From Octopus vulgaris (lineage: Eukaryota), in contig OX597829.1 in NCBI GenBank assembly GCA_951406725.2, positions 14,570,001 to 14,634,000 on the forward strand: a DNA stretch of 64,000 bases, in the 5' to 3' direction. Shown here piece after piece: positions 39,781 to 54,220 of this stretch; position 1 is the stretch's first letter, and every line of letters starts with the position of its first letter. The notes beneath the pieces are model-generated. The model saw only the letters and a list, made by a program, of their open reading frames with translations. It was not told where the DNA came from and made no database searches. The position numbers and the translations under genes are program-made.

Positions 39781-40912
39781 AAATGCTGCACAAGACTTGA
39801 ACTTGGAATGAGACAGCGGCACACATCGTTGCAGAATATCCCAAGTTGGTACAGAGAAAATATAGGAAATGGAAGAATCACCAAGTTAGGGTTACGGTTA
39901 GGGTTGATGTTTTATCAGAAATGAAGATTTGAAGCTGGAGTTTCATGATATGATCATCGAGTCGAAAGTGCGCTAGAGTCAAAGGAACGCAAAATTTTGT
40001 AGGATCTTCCTATCCAAACGGATAAAAAGCTAGAAAATACAGGAGAAACTTCAGGTAGGGCCAATCAAGGTAGCTGATAGATCTAGCACTACCATGATAA
40101 CTATAGGCATGAGCCCTCGTCTAGCTACTATTCTCTAATGTACAGGCGCATACATAGAATAGAACCAGTCACTCAATATTTTCAACAGTCACCCGTGTTT
40201 CCCCAAATTCATTGGGTCGTAGCACTCTCCCAACCCTCACTTTTCTTTCCAAGTAGATCTTTAAAAATCAATGAGGGCTTGATCTAAAACAATAGTGTTG
40301 ATCAATCCTGGATGTAGATCAGTACGAATATGCCCTATCAGAGGTTGTGCTACCTGTGGTAGAGCTGACTGTTATCTTCTATATTTACTTAAGTCACTGG
40401 ACTGCTTTGCTCTGCCGGGACGCCATATTGAAGGATTTTGTAGAAAACTGATCCCAAACTCCTTTTTGTTTTGTTTCAGTCATTGAATTGTAGGTTCATG
40501 TTAGCGTACTGCCTTGAAAGGTTTTCATTAAAAGAAATCAACTTTATTACTGATTTTTAAAGACTACCACTTATTTTGTAGTACACCTTCACTCGAAGCA
40601 CTAAGTTACCAGGACATAAAGAAACCAACACCGATTCTGAAGAAGTGGTGGAGACAAAGAAAAACACACACCCGCATACACACGTACACATATATACGAC
40701 GGTCGACGGTCTTCCAAACAGCTTCCGACCACCACATCCACTCATTAGGTTTTAGTTGGCGTGGGGTTATAGTACACGATAAATGCTTAAAGTGTCCAGC
40801 GGTGGGATTGAACCAAAGACAACGTACTTGGGAAGCAAGATTATTTATCATAAAACCAAGTCTGCACGTATCTAATATTTATCTAATATTTGGTTTCTAT
40901 ATTTTTTTTCAG

Positions 40913-40999
40913 ATTACATTTTGGATATTCAAATTTGGACGGATTTTATATAAATTTTATTGGCCACCAATGTCCTTTCATCTATTAAATTTTGGAGTG
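40913..40999 (+). other. Candidate 87-nt exon
   Basis: CTAAT branch-like motifs, TTTTTTTTCAG acceptor and GTG|GTAAGT donor; phase 0 open (ITFWIFKFGRILYKFYWPPMSFHLLNFGV). Confidence 0.35.
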
Positions 41000-42107
41000 G
41001 TAAGTAGAAAAGTTTATATTCATATACCTGATGTTTAAAAATCTAACTTGTAGTGAATATATATGTTTATATTCCTCCTCTTAATATTATGTCCTCTCCT
41101 GCACGTTGCTACTTCCGGATAGTTTTGCTGAACTAATAAATTCTACCCTTCATCGCTGCAATTCTAGGCTTTGTTCCCTTTACACCGTCATATTTTCCTT
41201 GCTCCACACATAGAAACACTTCTTTCGGTATATCTTCCTTAATATGTGGACCCTAATCTATCCACCTTTCGTTCTCTATAGTAGCTCTAATATATCTTCC
41301 TTTTATTTTGACATTAACTATTCTGCCTCTCTTTTTCCGATCTCTTCAATACACCATCCACTCCACATATTTAGTCATTTCTCACTGAGTCTTAACTCAC
41401 TTTTCCTACGAAGATGGAACAGACTGTTACTAGAATTTTGGACAAAGAATGCGTTCAGGGGACCAAATCAACTACGCGTCTGTTCTTGAAAAGGCTGCAA
41501 GCGAATCAACACTCTTTTCTTCTCACATTCCTGTTTCAAGGTTTTTACCTGCGATGACCTGCTTTGACTTAATATCTAATAACAATATTACAGATTTGCA
41601 TTATACTCCGGGAGTATACCAGCATATATCACAACCATTATGAACGTTCCTAAACCGATTATGTATTGATCACATGTGATTTAAATTCTTAGAGCATTCG
41701 TTTTCCTCTGTATTGTGTAATTATGTCATAATCTGTTCCGATACCATTTGTTTGCCTACCTATCCTTTAATTCTATTATACGTGTACCTGCATGATCGAT
41801 ACATTGTCTATAGACAATTCCCATTACGCAGCGCCCACATCACTGAATACAAATTCTATTTAAAATCGGAGTTTAGTCGAATTCGATATCAACAGTAATT
41901 GTATGAACCTGCCTGTTGCCGTGTGCCATCAAATATATTAAACACAATATATATATATATGTATTTGTTGGGGTGGTGTGTGTGTGTGTGCGTGCGTGTA
42001 TGTGTGCATGCATGTGTGTGTGTGCATGCGTGCGTGCGTGTATATGTATAAATATTTAAATATATACATATAGAAATGTAATTAAATATATGAATATATA
42101 TATATGT

Positions 42108-42144
<37 letters not shown>

Positions 42145-42249
42145 TTGTGTATGTGTGTGTGTGTGAGTGTGTGCGAGTGGGTGTCGAAATATATGAAGAT
42201 ACATATGCAAATATATTTATACATATATGTATATATATGTGTAAATATA

Positions 42250-42282
<33 letters not shown>

Positions 42283-42447
42283 GTAAATATATATAGATAT
42301 ATGTGTGTATTTCCTCTTATTCCGTTCTGTTGAAGAGCCGACGCTCGAAAAATAAAGGAATTTTCCATATTTCCAGAGCGTCAAACTAATATACCTGGGT
42401 GTTGTTTATACACCTCCTTTCACATTTTGTTTTTCCATAAATTTCAA

Positions 42448-42497
<50 letters not shown>

Positions 42498-42555
42498 AAA
42501 TCCAAACTTACAGGGAAAAATCAGATTTGGGATTGAATCCAATTTTATAGTAAAA

Positions 42556-42815
42556 TATATTATATTAAATTAGAGACAAAACCACTATTAGGCAAATCAA
42601 ACAATGAAAAACTTAATCCAATACATAATATTATTTAATTTATATTATTTGAATATATAACAAAATTATTTAAAAAAATATAATTAATATATTTTTTTAA
42701 TAATTTTGTTATATATTTAAATAATATAAATTAAATAATATTATGTATTGGATTAAGTTTTTCATTGTTTGATTTGCCTAATAGTGGTTTTGTCTCTAAT
42801 TGAATATAATATATA
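42556..42815. repeat. ~260-bp near-perfect AT-rich palindrome
   Basis: AATTAGAGACAAAACCACTATTAGGCAAATCAAACAATGAAAAACTTAATCCAATACATAAT... mirrored around ~42685. Confidence 0.92.
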
Positions 42816-42874
42816 TATATATATGTATATATATTTAAAAAATGAGATGTGGAACACGAGTTGTGATATATAAA

Positions 42875-43075
42875 AAAAGGAAATGAAGAAAATGCTGACA
42901 ATATAATTTAAGTAAGGGAGAGTAAAAAAATCTATCAGAAAGGAACTCTATCTCTCTTAAAAAATATCTTTTGATAAGCATAACAAATGCGCAACCGGTA
43001 AAAAGAACTTTCACCTAATTAAATACACTCTCCCTTACTTAAATTATATTGTCAGCATTTTCTTCATTTCCTTTT
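42875..43075. repeat. 49-bp perfect inverted repeat with ~100-bp spacer
   Basis: 42875-42923 is the reverse complement of 43027-43075. Confidence 0.92.
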
Positions 43076-43107
43076 ATATATATATATATATATATATGTA
43101 TATGTAA

Positions 43108-43186
<79 letters not shown>

Positions 43187-43187
43187 A

Positions 43188-43219
<32 letters not shown>

Positions 43220-43234
43220 ATAAGTGCATGTAAC

Positions 43235-43268
<34 letters not shown>

Positions 43269-43426
43269 AGTGTATGTAAATATATGTATATATGTATTTG
43301 TAAATATATGTATATATATATATGTATATGTATATGTATATATGTAAAATATATATATATATATATGTATATATATGTCAATATATGTGTATATATATTT
43401 AAAATACATATATATGCATGCATATA

Positions 43427-43725
43427 CAGGGTGTGATGAGTAAATTATCTCCATTTTATATTATTAATTTCGCGCATGCCCTAGTTTTTGATATTGTCTA
43501 CTACGAAATGTAGTAGCGACAGTTGGTCCTGTTTGTGAGAACAAACAGCACCGTAACGCAGTTCTCTCTGCCAGATATTTGGAAATGACATACTGTACAG
43601 CTTGTCTTTCGTGTCGGAAGCTCTAACAGGATCATTTCAGAGATTTTTGTGGGTGTCAATCTGAGGAGAGAGAAAAATCAAAGATCCAGTCAACATCTTG
43701 GTGTTTGGAGTGATCAACAGTGACA
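43427..43725 (+). mobile_element. Tc1/mariner-superfamily fragment
   Basis: TA-CAGGGTGT terminus; KIKDPVNILVFGVINSD resembles the KHPxxVMVxGxIxxxG transposase motif. Confidence 0.45.
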
Positions 43726-44178
43726 ACGGCGAAGGCATGAGAGATATGCAATAATATTCATATGGAAAAATCCTTGAAGGGCTAGTACCTCATTGCTAGT
43801 TTAGCATTGAGTGTTACGCAAATACCAGAACTGGCTGCCATTATTTTGTATTAAAGGTACCATCCACTCCATCTAAATTGAGATTCAGGTACTGCAATAG
43901 TCTAGGGTTCGAAGGCCTACAGCTCTTCAATGCCCTGCCACAAAATTAAGAAATTTGCATAAGGTGGAAGGAGATGTCCTCAAAAAGGAACTAGATACCC
44001 TTCTCTTTACAATATCGCCCGACATAAGGTACAGACGAGGGCAACGGAATCAAACTCCCTTATACACCAAATGTACCAACAGCTGAGACAAAAGCATATA
44101 CAGAAGTGGTGGTGTGAAAGACTATGGTGGTACTCCAAACTGACCACGACCGCATGACTGAAACAAGTAAAAGAGTAA
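43725..44178 (+). mobile_element. CR1-like LINE 3' end
   Basis: ERYAIIFIWK/ILEGLVP...NSLGFEGLQLFNALP...LRNLHKVEGDVLKKELDTLL, then tail GACTGAAACAAGTAAAAGAG; related fragments at ~57150-57299 and ~25330-25540. Confidence 0.65.
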
Positions 44179-44224
44179 TGTATATATATGTATACATATA
44201 TGTATATATATATATATATATATG

Positions 44225-44273
<49 letters not shown>

Positions 44274-44312
44274 ATATATGTATATATATATATATATTAA
44301 TGTATATAAGTG

Positions 44313-44407
<95 letters not shown>

Positions 44408-44812
44408 ATATATATAATAAAATATATTATGTTAGAATATTATACACTGAATTTATAATGAGTGCTCTTTGTATAAAATGTCAAAAATATTAATACTATA
44501 AAGTATTTAGACATTAATACGAGCGATTATATATATTGTATTGTGAAATGATAGCATGAAATTTAATATCAAAAACATTCCTCACGCTGATATATATGGC
44601 AGAATAGATACTGATGTCCTTCAAGACAAGAGAACAAGAATCTATGTTCACCCTGTCAAGAACTTTTGTTCTCAGCCGCCTGAGAACAAATTTTAAAACT
44701 GTGATGCTTCATATATTTACATATATCTTTAATATAATACTATTTTAGACATGTGAATCTTCGTGAGGAATGTTCTTGATCTTAAATTTCATGCTATCAA
44801 TTCAAAAGAGAG

Positions 44813-44844
<32 letters not shown>

Positions 44845-44868
44845 TGTATGTATGTATGTATATATGTA

Positions 44869-44905
<37 letters not shown>

Positions 44906-45182
44906 GTATATATGTTTGTATATATATACATACATATATATGCATGTATATATATGTATATGTTTGTATATTTATATATGTATATGTATATGTATATATA
45001 TGTAAATATACATATATATATATATGTAAATATATATGAATATATATGTATGTATGAATCTATGTATCTCTCTCTATATATATAAATGTTTGTATATATA
45101 TATATATATATATATGTATCTATCTATCTATCTATTTATCTATCTATCTACCTATCTATCTATCTGTCTATCTATCTATCTG

Positions 45183-45225
<43 letters not shown>

Positions 45226-45560
45226 CTCTCTATATATATGTAAAATGTTTATATATATATATATATATATGTAAATATAAATATATATATGTATATAAGT
45301 TAAAAGACGAAGGAAAAATTCCTTCAAAGGAGTGTGTAAGACAACCAAATCACTGGTCCGTCTGTTGAATATTGAATAAATACGGGTATAATACAATTTA
45401 CAAATAATAAATTAAATAGAGAGATATAAATGACGATCCAATAATTTATTTATATTATAATATAACATAATATACTATGTATATTATATAATGTTATAAC
45501 GTAAACAATTATTTAGAAAACCAAAAGAGCCAACAGTTGTTTCGACTCATATACATTTTT

Positions 45561-45596
<36 letters not shown>

Positions 45597-45793
45597 CAAT
45601 TGAATTCTCTTATATATAAGCCTCATAATGGCAATTGGTGTGTAGAGAGACGAAATTCAGTGTGAAAGAATTGCTGGACTGTAAAAATTTAATTCAAATT
45701 CTTACTCATTATGAGCGTTAGTCACTCAACTACATATCAATTATATCAAAAATATAAAAGAAACAACAAAACTATAATGCAAAAATGCAAATA

Positions 45794-45937
45794 CACAGGG
45801 TTGGACAAAATAATGGAAACACCTAGCATCATAGCATCATAATTTTGAAATATCTATAAAACCGTCAAAAGCTACCTCATTTTTAAATAAATTTGTTTGA
45901 AATTTTAAGGTGTTTCCATTATTTAATCCAACACCTG
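45794..45937. mobile_element. Tc1-derived MITE (deletion derivative of the 54521-55392 family)
   Basis: TIRs GGTTGGACAAAATAATGGAAACACCT / AGGTGTTTCCATTATTTAATCCAACACCTG with TA flanks; both subterminal regions shared with 54521-55392. Confidence 0.8.
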
Positions 45938-46004
45938 TATATGTAAACATATGTATATAGATATGTATGGGTAAAAATATAAATATATATGCAGATACAC
46001 ACAC

Positions 46005-46052
<48 letters not shown>

Positions 46053-46346
46053 GTTTGTGTGTGTAAATATATTATTCTGTTATTTAATTCAGCCCTACGG
46101 CTGTGACCATGCAGGGGCGACTCCCGTGTAATTACCTTCTAACTGGACAATTCTATGTGATTGTCTTATCGTGAAGTAGGGAGTTTGACACTGCTGCCCT
46201 CTTGAGTTTCCTCTCCTTGATATTGGTTCATCAGAGATCTTGGACAGCAAAAGCTGAAGTGGTTTCTTGGAAACATCTCAATATATACAGATATTTATAT
46301 GTAAATATATGCTTTCGGTGCGAAGTATTTAACACACACACACACG

Positions 46347-46393
<47 letters not shown>

Positions 46394-46535
46394 GTGTGTG
46401 TGCATGTATGTATGATATGTATGTATGTATGCATGTATGTATGTATGTATGTATGTATGTATGTATGTATGTATGTATGTATGTATGTATGTATGTATGT
46501 ATGTATGTATGTATGTATGTATGTATGTATGTATG

Positions 46536-46582
<47 letters not shown>

Positions 46583-46983
46583 TTATATCTGAATATATGC
46601 ATATATATGCGTGTGAATATTTGTATCTCTCACTCTCTTTCTCTCTCTATATATATATATGTATGTATATATGTATGTATGTATATATATATATGCATAT
46701 ATGTATATGGATATATTATATTTATATATAAATATGTGCATATATGCATATATATATGAATATGTTATATTTATATATAAATATGTGCATATATGTATGC
46801 ATATATATATATATATATATATATATGAATATATTTATAAATAAATATGGGCATATATGCATATATATATGAAGATGTTATATTTATATATAAATATGTG
46901 CATATATGTATGTATATATGCACATATTGTATGTATATATGCACATATATGTATGTATATATGCACATATGTATGTATATATG

Positions 46984-47019
<36 letters not shown>

Positions 47020-47634
47020 TATATTTATATATAAATACGTGCATATACGTATATATATACATGTATATATGAATATATTATATTTATGTATATATATGTA
47101 TGTATGTATATATATGAGTACATTATAAATATATATAAGTATGTGCATATATGTATGTATGTGTATATATACATATGTGAATATATATATATGTATATAT
47201 ATATATATATCTAAATGTATGTATAACTATATCTATAGATATATGTATATATATACATACCTAAATATATGCATATGTATATATATATATAAGTATATAT
47301 ATACATGTGTGTATACGCATATGTGTATGTAAGTATGCATGTACGTATACGCATGTGTAGGCGTAATGAGCAATATTATATGTAATACAAAAATAAATTA
47401 CACTAATTAAACAAGAAAAGTTATAAAATATTCTGTTTTTAACAGTTGTTTCGAGTGAACCATTGTTTACGCCATAACTGTGTCCTTTATATCAAGTCTC
47501 GTGATGTCGTAGATGTAAGGAAAAACACGGAAAAAGTCATGTTACTCTCATCCGAAGAATGTGCTTAAAAGGGTATCTGATACCTGTGCTTCCAATTAGA
47601 CAGTAATGTACTTAAAGAAATAAGAAATATATAT

Positions 47635-47865
47635 GTTTCTTTATTACCCACAAGGGGCTAAACATTGAGGGGACAAACAAGGACAGACAAACGGATTAAG
47701 TCGATAACATCGACCCCAATGCGTAACTGGTACTTAATTTATCGACCCTGAAAGAATGAAAGGCAAAGTCAACCTCGGCGGAATTTGAACTCAGAACGTC
47801 AAGACAGACGAAATACAGCTACGCATTTCGCCCGGCGTGCTACCGATTCTGCCAGCTCTCCGCCT
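47635..47865 (-). mobile_element. SINE family B
   Basis: Homology to 14236-14465; flanking ATAAGAAATATATA duplication. Confidence 0.88.
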
Positions 47866-47956
47866 ATAAGAAATATATAGATATTTAAGTAAATATACAT
47901 TTGTATGTGCGCAATGTATACACACATTTGCATACATATATGTACATAATGTATAT

Positions 47957-48270
47957 CACCGTGATCACCGTGACCGACCATGCTATCAGATGTTGCTACA
48001 CATCGCTGGTCACAATGCGCTTCACATTGTTTTTTAGCCTTCAAGTGACTCCATCCCGCTGACTAAGCGAGCAGGCCAACAGAAGAGGGAGTGAGAGAAA
48101 GTTGTGGCGAATGAAGAGTACAGCAGGGATCGCCCCGACCCCAATCGGAGCCTCGTGGAGATTTTAGGTGTTTTCGCTCAATAAACACTCACAACGCCCG
48201 GTTTGGGAATCGAAACCGCGATCCTACAACCGCGAGTCCGCTGCCCTAACCACTGGGCCATTGCGCCTCC
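47957..48270 (-). mobile_element. SINE family C
   Basis: Homolog of 15105-15419; ACATAATGTATAT on both flanks. Confidence 0.88.
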
Positions 48271-48404
48271 ACACATAATGTATATGTGAAGTATCTATCC
48301 ACTGTGCTTACTTAAGAATTGGAATCAATAATGTAATTTAAAGTGGATTACGAAACAACTGTAATTGTACAGATCTAATTGTTACGTTACCCTCATATTC
48401 CTTT

Positions 48405-51151
48405 GTCTGTGTGGTAAGTAGCTTGCTTACCAACCACATGGTTCCGGGTTCAGTCCCACTGCGTGGCACCTTGGGCAAGGTGTCTTCTACTATAACCTCG
48501 GGCCACCCAAAGCCTTGTGAGTGGATTTGGTAAACGGAAACTGAAAGAAGCCCGTCGTATATATATATTCCAAGGAATAAGTCCTGGGTTCCGAATTGCT
48601 CGACTAATGTCGGTGCTCCAGCATGGCCGCAATCAAATGACTGAAACAAGTAAAAGAGTAAAGAGTATATACACACATACGTGAGTGAGTGGAGAGACGA
48701 AAGAATATGACATTCACCACATATTGTAGGAGTTACAAATTATTTTAGCAACTGTTGACTCAATTCAAAATGGCCTAAATTTTTGTGGACGCTTACAACA
48801 GATTTACACAAACATCTCGCTCTATATAACGAACTATAAAACCCATCAAATCAGCGCTCCAAGATGGCCGTAGTCCAATGACTGTAAGAAGTAAAAAAAA
48901 AAAGATGAAATACATCTAGGTTCTTATCACCTGAACATTTATCCTCATATCTTATTTGAGTTATATTTTATTGGCCCTTTTAAATCTATTTTTCAAGATT
49001 CCTTGATTCCGCCTTTAATCGTACTCTCAACCTAACAAAGAATTCTGGCTCACAATCAAATCTTGATCAAAGAGGAGAAAACCTGCCAATCACTCTTAAA
49101 ATATTATCTCTTAATCCTTTGTACAAAAATATTCAAATAAAATTACCGTTTTCTTTTATCAGCGTTCATCTTAAAACATATCTGCTTCAGAAAAAAGGCT
49201 TCATATCACAGCTTTGATGCCTCTAAGTAAATAATGCACACGTGTTATCTTTATAAATTTAGATGGCTTAGATTTACATGTGTGTGAGTCGTTCATCTAT
49301 ACAGGTAGTATATTTTTATATTTCGTTTTATTGCCAAAAGATACTGCTAGGATTATCATTGAGTGTATTGATTCAAAAATACATGGTACTTGAGCCATGG
49401 TTCGTGATTTTTAGGATTTTCAGAAGTGCGGGACCACTTCTGATTCATTATTGTTCCCAGGTCACCATTGACCCTGAGTAGTAGCGCCTGTCAGAGTCCC
49501 AGCTGTTAATTAGATGTTACCTAATTGTCTCGTAAAGTATTTTCCGTTTTTAAGTGCACAACTCCGCTACTACTGACATGAGATTAGAATATCGCAGTAA
49601 AAAAAAAGCAAGACATATTCTTCAAGCAGAGCCAACAAGCAGACGACCTAGAATTAGACCAAGAACGTCTTGATGAGATAATATCCACTGACGCAGGCGT
49701 GGCTGTGTGATAAGAAGCTTGCTTCCCAACCAGATGGTTCCGGGTTCAGTCTCGCTGTTTGTTACCTTGGGCAAGTGTCGTCTACTAAAGCCACGAGACG
49801 ACCAGAGCCTTGTGAGTTGATTTGGTAGACGGAAACTGCTTGAAAACCGGCGTTGGTGTGTTTACGTACTGTGACTTAGCGATTCAGCAAAAATTATCTA
49901 ACCTTTGTTAGATAATTTTCGAACACTATCATTTCGCTCTCTCTATCTTCATCTGTTTTCCCTCTCTCTCTCTAATTTTCTGTTTCTCTTTCTTTTAATT
50001 TTTCTTCTTTTCCCCATTTTCTTTCTCCCTCCATGTTATTCTCTGATTCTTTTTCCGTTTCTTTCTTTCACCTAACTTGTATAAGCACACACAAGGAGAT
50101 TTTGTGCGTATGCGCATGTGCGTGCCTATACTTATATATGCATTTATATATATTTATGTCTTGCCTATATATGTCTGTGTATTTATGTATGTTTAGTGTA
50201 TATACATATATTATAGATAGTTTGGTATGTGTATATATCGCTAAATGTATATGTGATCTAGCGTGAAATATTTTTAAACGGATATATCCTTTAATAGAAT
50301 AAGTACTAGGCTTTAAAAAATAAGTCTTGGTGTTGATTTGTTCGACTTAAACCCTACGAAGCGGTGCCCCAGTATAACCACTGTCAAATGACTGAAACAA
50401 GTAAAAGAATAAAAGAACAGTTTCAGTAGGACATACTTGGGAGTTCAGCACGAAAATGTGATGACTGTTGCTTTAGATAAAATGATATGGGGGAGGTGTC
50501 ACGATCATGCAATGACTAGTGGACGGAGAAAATGGACTGGACGAAAGCCCAGAAGTTTTATGTTTAATCTTGACTGGCGGAGGTGTGGCTATGTGGTGAG
50601 AAATTTGTTTCTTAACCACGTAGTTTCAGGTTCAGTACTACTGCGTGGCACACTAGGCATGTTAGTCTTCCGCTATAGTTTCCAGTTGACCAAATCCTTC
50701 TGACTACTGTTTGACGGAAAGTAAAAAAACAACAAAAAAACCGTCGTGTATAATGCACATGTATGTCGGTGTGTGAGAAGGTTTTGTTTGTCTCCACGCT
50801 ACCACTTGACCACTGGTGTAACTTTATGTCTTTTTAACTTAACGGTTAAGTAAAAAGCCACCCGTAGAATTAGTGCACTTAAAAACTTAAGTTTTGTACA
50901 CGAATTGCTCTACTAACTTGAAAGCGGTGCTCTAGCATGGCCTCTGTCCAGTTATTGAAACAAGTAATATATATATGTGCGTGTGTGTGTGTGTGTATGC
51001 GTGGATGCGCGGTAAGAACTTGCTTCCCGACCACATGGTTCCGGGTTCATTGCCATTGTGTGGCACCTTGGGCAGGTGTCTTCTGCTATAACCTCAGGCT
51101 GACCAGAGCCTTGTGAGTGGATTTGTCGACGAAAACTCAAAGGAGCCGTGT

Positions 51152-51212
<61 letters not shown>

Positions 51213-51481
51213 CGTGTGTTTGTTCCACCACCATTGCTTGACAACGGATGTTGGTGTGTTTACGTACCCGTAACTCAGCATTTCGGCAAAAGAGACCAAT
51301 CTAATAAGAACTGTTAAGAAAGAATAAGGCCTGGGGTTGATTTGTTCGATTAAAACTCCTTAAAGGGGTGCTCCAGTATAGCCGCAGTCAACTGACTGAA
51401 ACAAGTAAAATAAAAATACAAAATATATTTATATACATATATATATACATGTATAACATTTTTAAGGATTTAAGAATTTAA

Positions 51482-51522
<41 letters not shown>

Positions 51523-51660
51523 TGCATGTATTTGTGTATGTATGTATCTTTATACATGTATGTGCATGTGTATATCTTGTCCTATATCTAACCCAACTGC
51601 GCACTCCCAAGCATCTGTCTGTCTGTCTGTCTGTCTGCCTGCCTGCTTGCCTATTCATCC

Positions 51661-51737
<77 letters not shown>

Positions 51738-52538
51738 CCTACCTACCTACCTACCTACCTACCTACCTACCTACCTACCTATCACCCTAATAACTGTCTC
51801 TATTTAATAAAAAAAAACATAACGTTCATCTGTCGTTTATGGGCAAAAAATTTGGAATCAATAATAAAAAAGCGTTGGAGCTGGCACACGCATGCGTATT
51901 AAGCACGTTAAATGTAAAACACTAACACAAACCTGACAGTTAATGTTTCTTATTTCTTGGGGCGATCAATCTGAGGGGAAGGGGACGAGCTGGCAACGAA
52001 ATCAGGACGGTGTGGGGCGAATGTATCTAAGATGAAAAGATCGAAGTGATCGTTAGCTTGATGTCTTGGTGTCTTGGTGGTTTCGCGGCTTTGTTTGTTG
52101 TGGTAGGGGGTGAGCTAATCAATGATTAATCGATTTTTAGTGATTCTTTTGTACGTTTTAACTTGCTAAATCCATTTAAAGATCAATGTCTGCAGTAGGT
52201 TTCCCATTAAGGGCGAAACCTATACATGCCAACACAAACACGTATTGTCTATAGGTTTTCTCGACGTTTAAGTACAGCGTGACTGGGTGAATACATTTTC
52301 GTTTCTCGTTTTTCAATAAGAACGCATGATTATTTTCTTTCATCTTTTACTGCGGCCATGCTGGGGCACGGCTTGACGGGTTTTCGGCGAAAAATCGACT
52401 CCAGTATTAATTTGTATTTTTTTTAAGTGTTGTACATATTGTACAAACCACATTTTGCCGAACCGTTAGATTAATGCAATAAACAAACAAACAAATACCG
52501 ATAGTCAGGCAGGTGTGGCAAACAAACACAAACACCTA

Positions 52539-52592
<54 letters not shown>

Positions 52593-52945
52593 TCATATTA
52601 TGTATGCATGTATTTGACAGGCATTATACAGATTTCGTCTACCGAAATCACTCACAAGGTTTTGGTTGAGCCAGTAAATGTATCTGGTAAATAGAAACGA
52701 AAACAAGCCGGTCGTATATGTGTGTGTGTATGTGTGCGTGTGTGTGTGTGTGAATGTGTATATCTGTGTTTATCCTCCACTACCTCTTCACAACTGTTGT
52801 TGGTGTCGTTATATGCCCGAAACTTAGCGGTTCGCCAAATAGACCAGGCTTACAAAATGTGTATTGGAAGTCATTCATTCGACTAAAATTCGCGGTGGTT
52901 TCTCAACATGGCCGCAGTCTAATGATTGAAACAAATGAAAAGACT
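48405..52945. mobile_element. Cluster of SINE family A copies (approx. 48405-48665 +, 49692-49890 and 50295-50415 +, 50575-50965 +, 50998-51410 +, 52340-52680 -, 52680-52945 +)
   Basis: Recurring head, core and tail motifs of family A with varying divergence. Confidence 0.75.
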
Positions 52946-52974
52946 ACAGAGAATATATATACTAGATATATATT

Positions 52975-53203
52975 TTTTTTTATTGCCCACAAGGGGTTAA
53001 ACATAGAGGGGACAAAGAAGGACAGACAAAGGGATTAAGTCGACTACATCGACCCCAGTGCGTATCTGGTACTTAATTTATCGATCCCGAAAGGATAAAA
53101 GGCAAAGTCGACCTCGGCGGAATTTGAACTCAGAACGTAGCGGCAGACGATATACCGCTAAGCATTTCGCCCGGCGTGCTAACGCTTCTGCCAGCTCACC
53201 GCC
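52975..53203 (-). mobile_element. SINE family B
   Basis: Homology to 14236-14465. Confidence 0.88.
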
Positions 53204-53225
53204 TTGTATTATTAGATATATTATA

Positions 53226-54146
53226 TCAGGCTAAGTAAGCAACGTTTTGAAACATGAAATTTATCACAATATATTTCGATAAAGCGGAAATTTTATTCAT
53301 CAAAGTAAGTACCATTACAATCAACACATTTTTGCCAACGTGTTACAAGTTTATTCTGGTAACATAAAAATCTGGAGTTCTGGAGCTGATGAACTCTTTC
53401 AACGCACTTTCAGCATCGGTTTGGTTTTGAACTCCTTCTCTCGCAGAATAACTTCAAGGTGCTTGAAAATGTGGTAGGCGACAAGAGAAAGGTCTGGGGA
53501 ATAAGCTGGGTGGGGAAAAACTTCGTTGCCAAGTTCCCTCAACTTCTGGAGCGTCATTAGTAAAACATGTGACCAAGCATTGTCATGAAGAATGGCTGAC
53601 TCTCTTCTGTTCGACCAGTCTGGGACGGAGAGGTAGCAGTTTTTCGTTCATTTTGGCAATTTCATGGCAATATGATTCTGCAGTAATGATTTTCCGGGTT
53701 TTAAGAAGTTATAGTAGATGTATCCAACAGTACACCACCAAAGTGACTCAAAATCATTTTTTGTTGAAGAACTCGGGTTTAGGGAAGGTTTTCGGTGCTT
53801 CATTTTGGTCCAACCACTGCGAAGAACTGTTTTTTTTTTATTGTACAGAATTTACTTTTCATCGCAAGTTACAATACGGTCGGGATCGGTCTGGGTTCGG
53901 AGAAGAAGCGTCGAGTAAATTTCATATCTGCACATTTTCTGATTTTCATTCAAATCATGTGGTACCTATATGTCGAGCTTTTTTTTATTTATATTTTCCG
54001 ATTGCATGCAAATGGTTGCAGGCAGTTTTCTGGCTAACTTGAGTTCTTTAGCCAGTTCTCGAGTGGTTTTACGTAGATCTTTCAAACTGAGCAACTGTCA
54101 AAGTTTCCCGTATGCCTTACTACAAATTTCATACTTGACGACCTAA
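53226..54146 (-). mobile_element. Old degraded mariner element
   Basis: Minus-strand PHPAYSPDLSLVAYHIFKHL and LHDNA motifs; TA-TTAGGTCGTCAAGTATG terminus; many stops. Confidence 0.75.
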
Positions 54147-54168
54147 TACATATATATTTATATGCATG

Positions 54169-54220
<52 letters not shown>

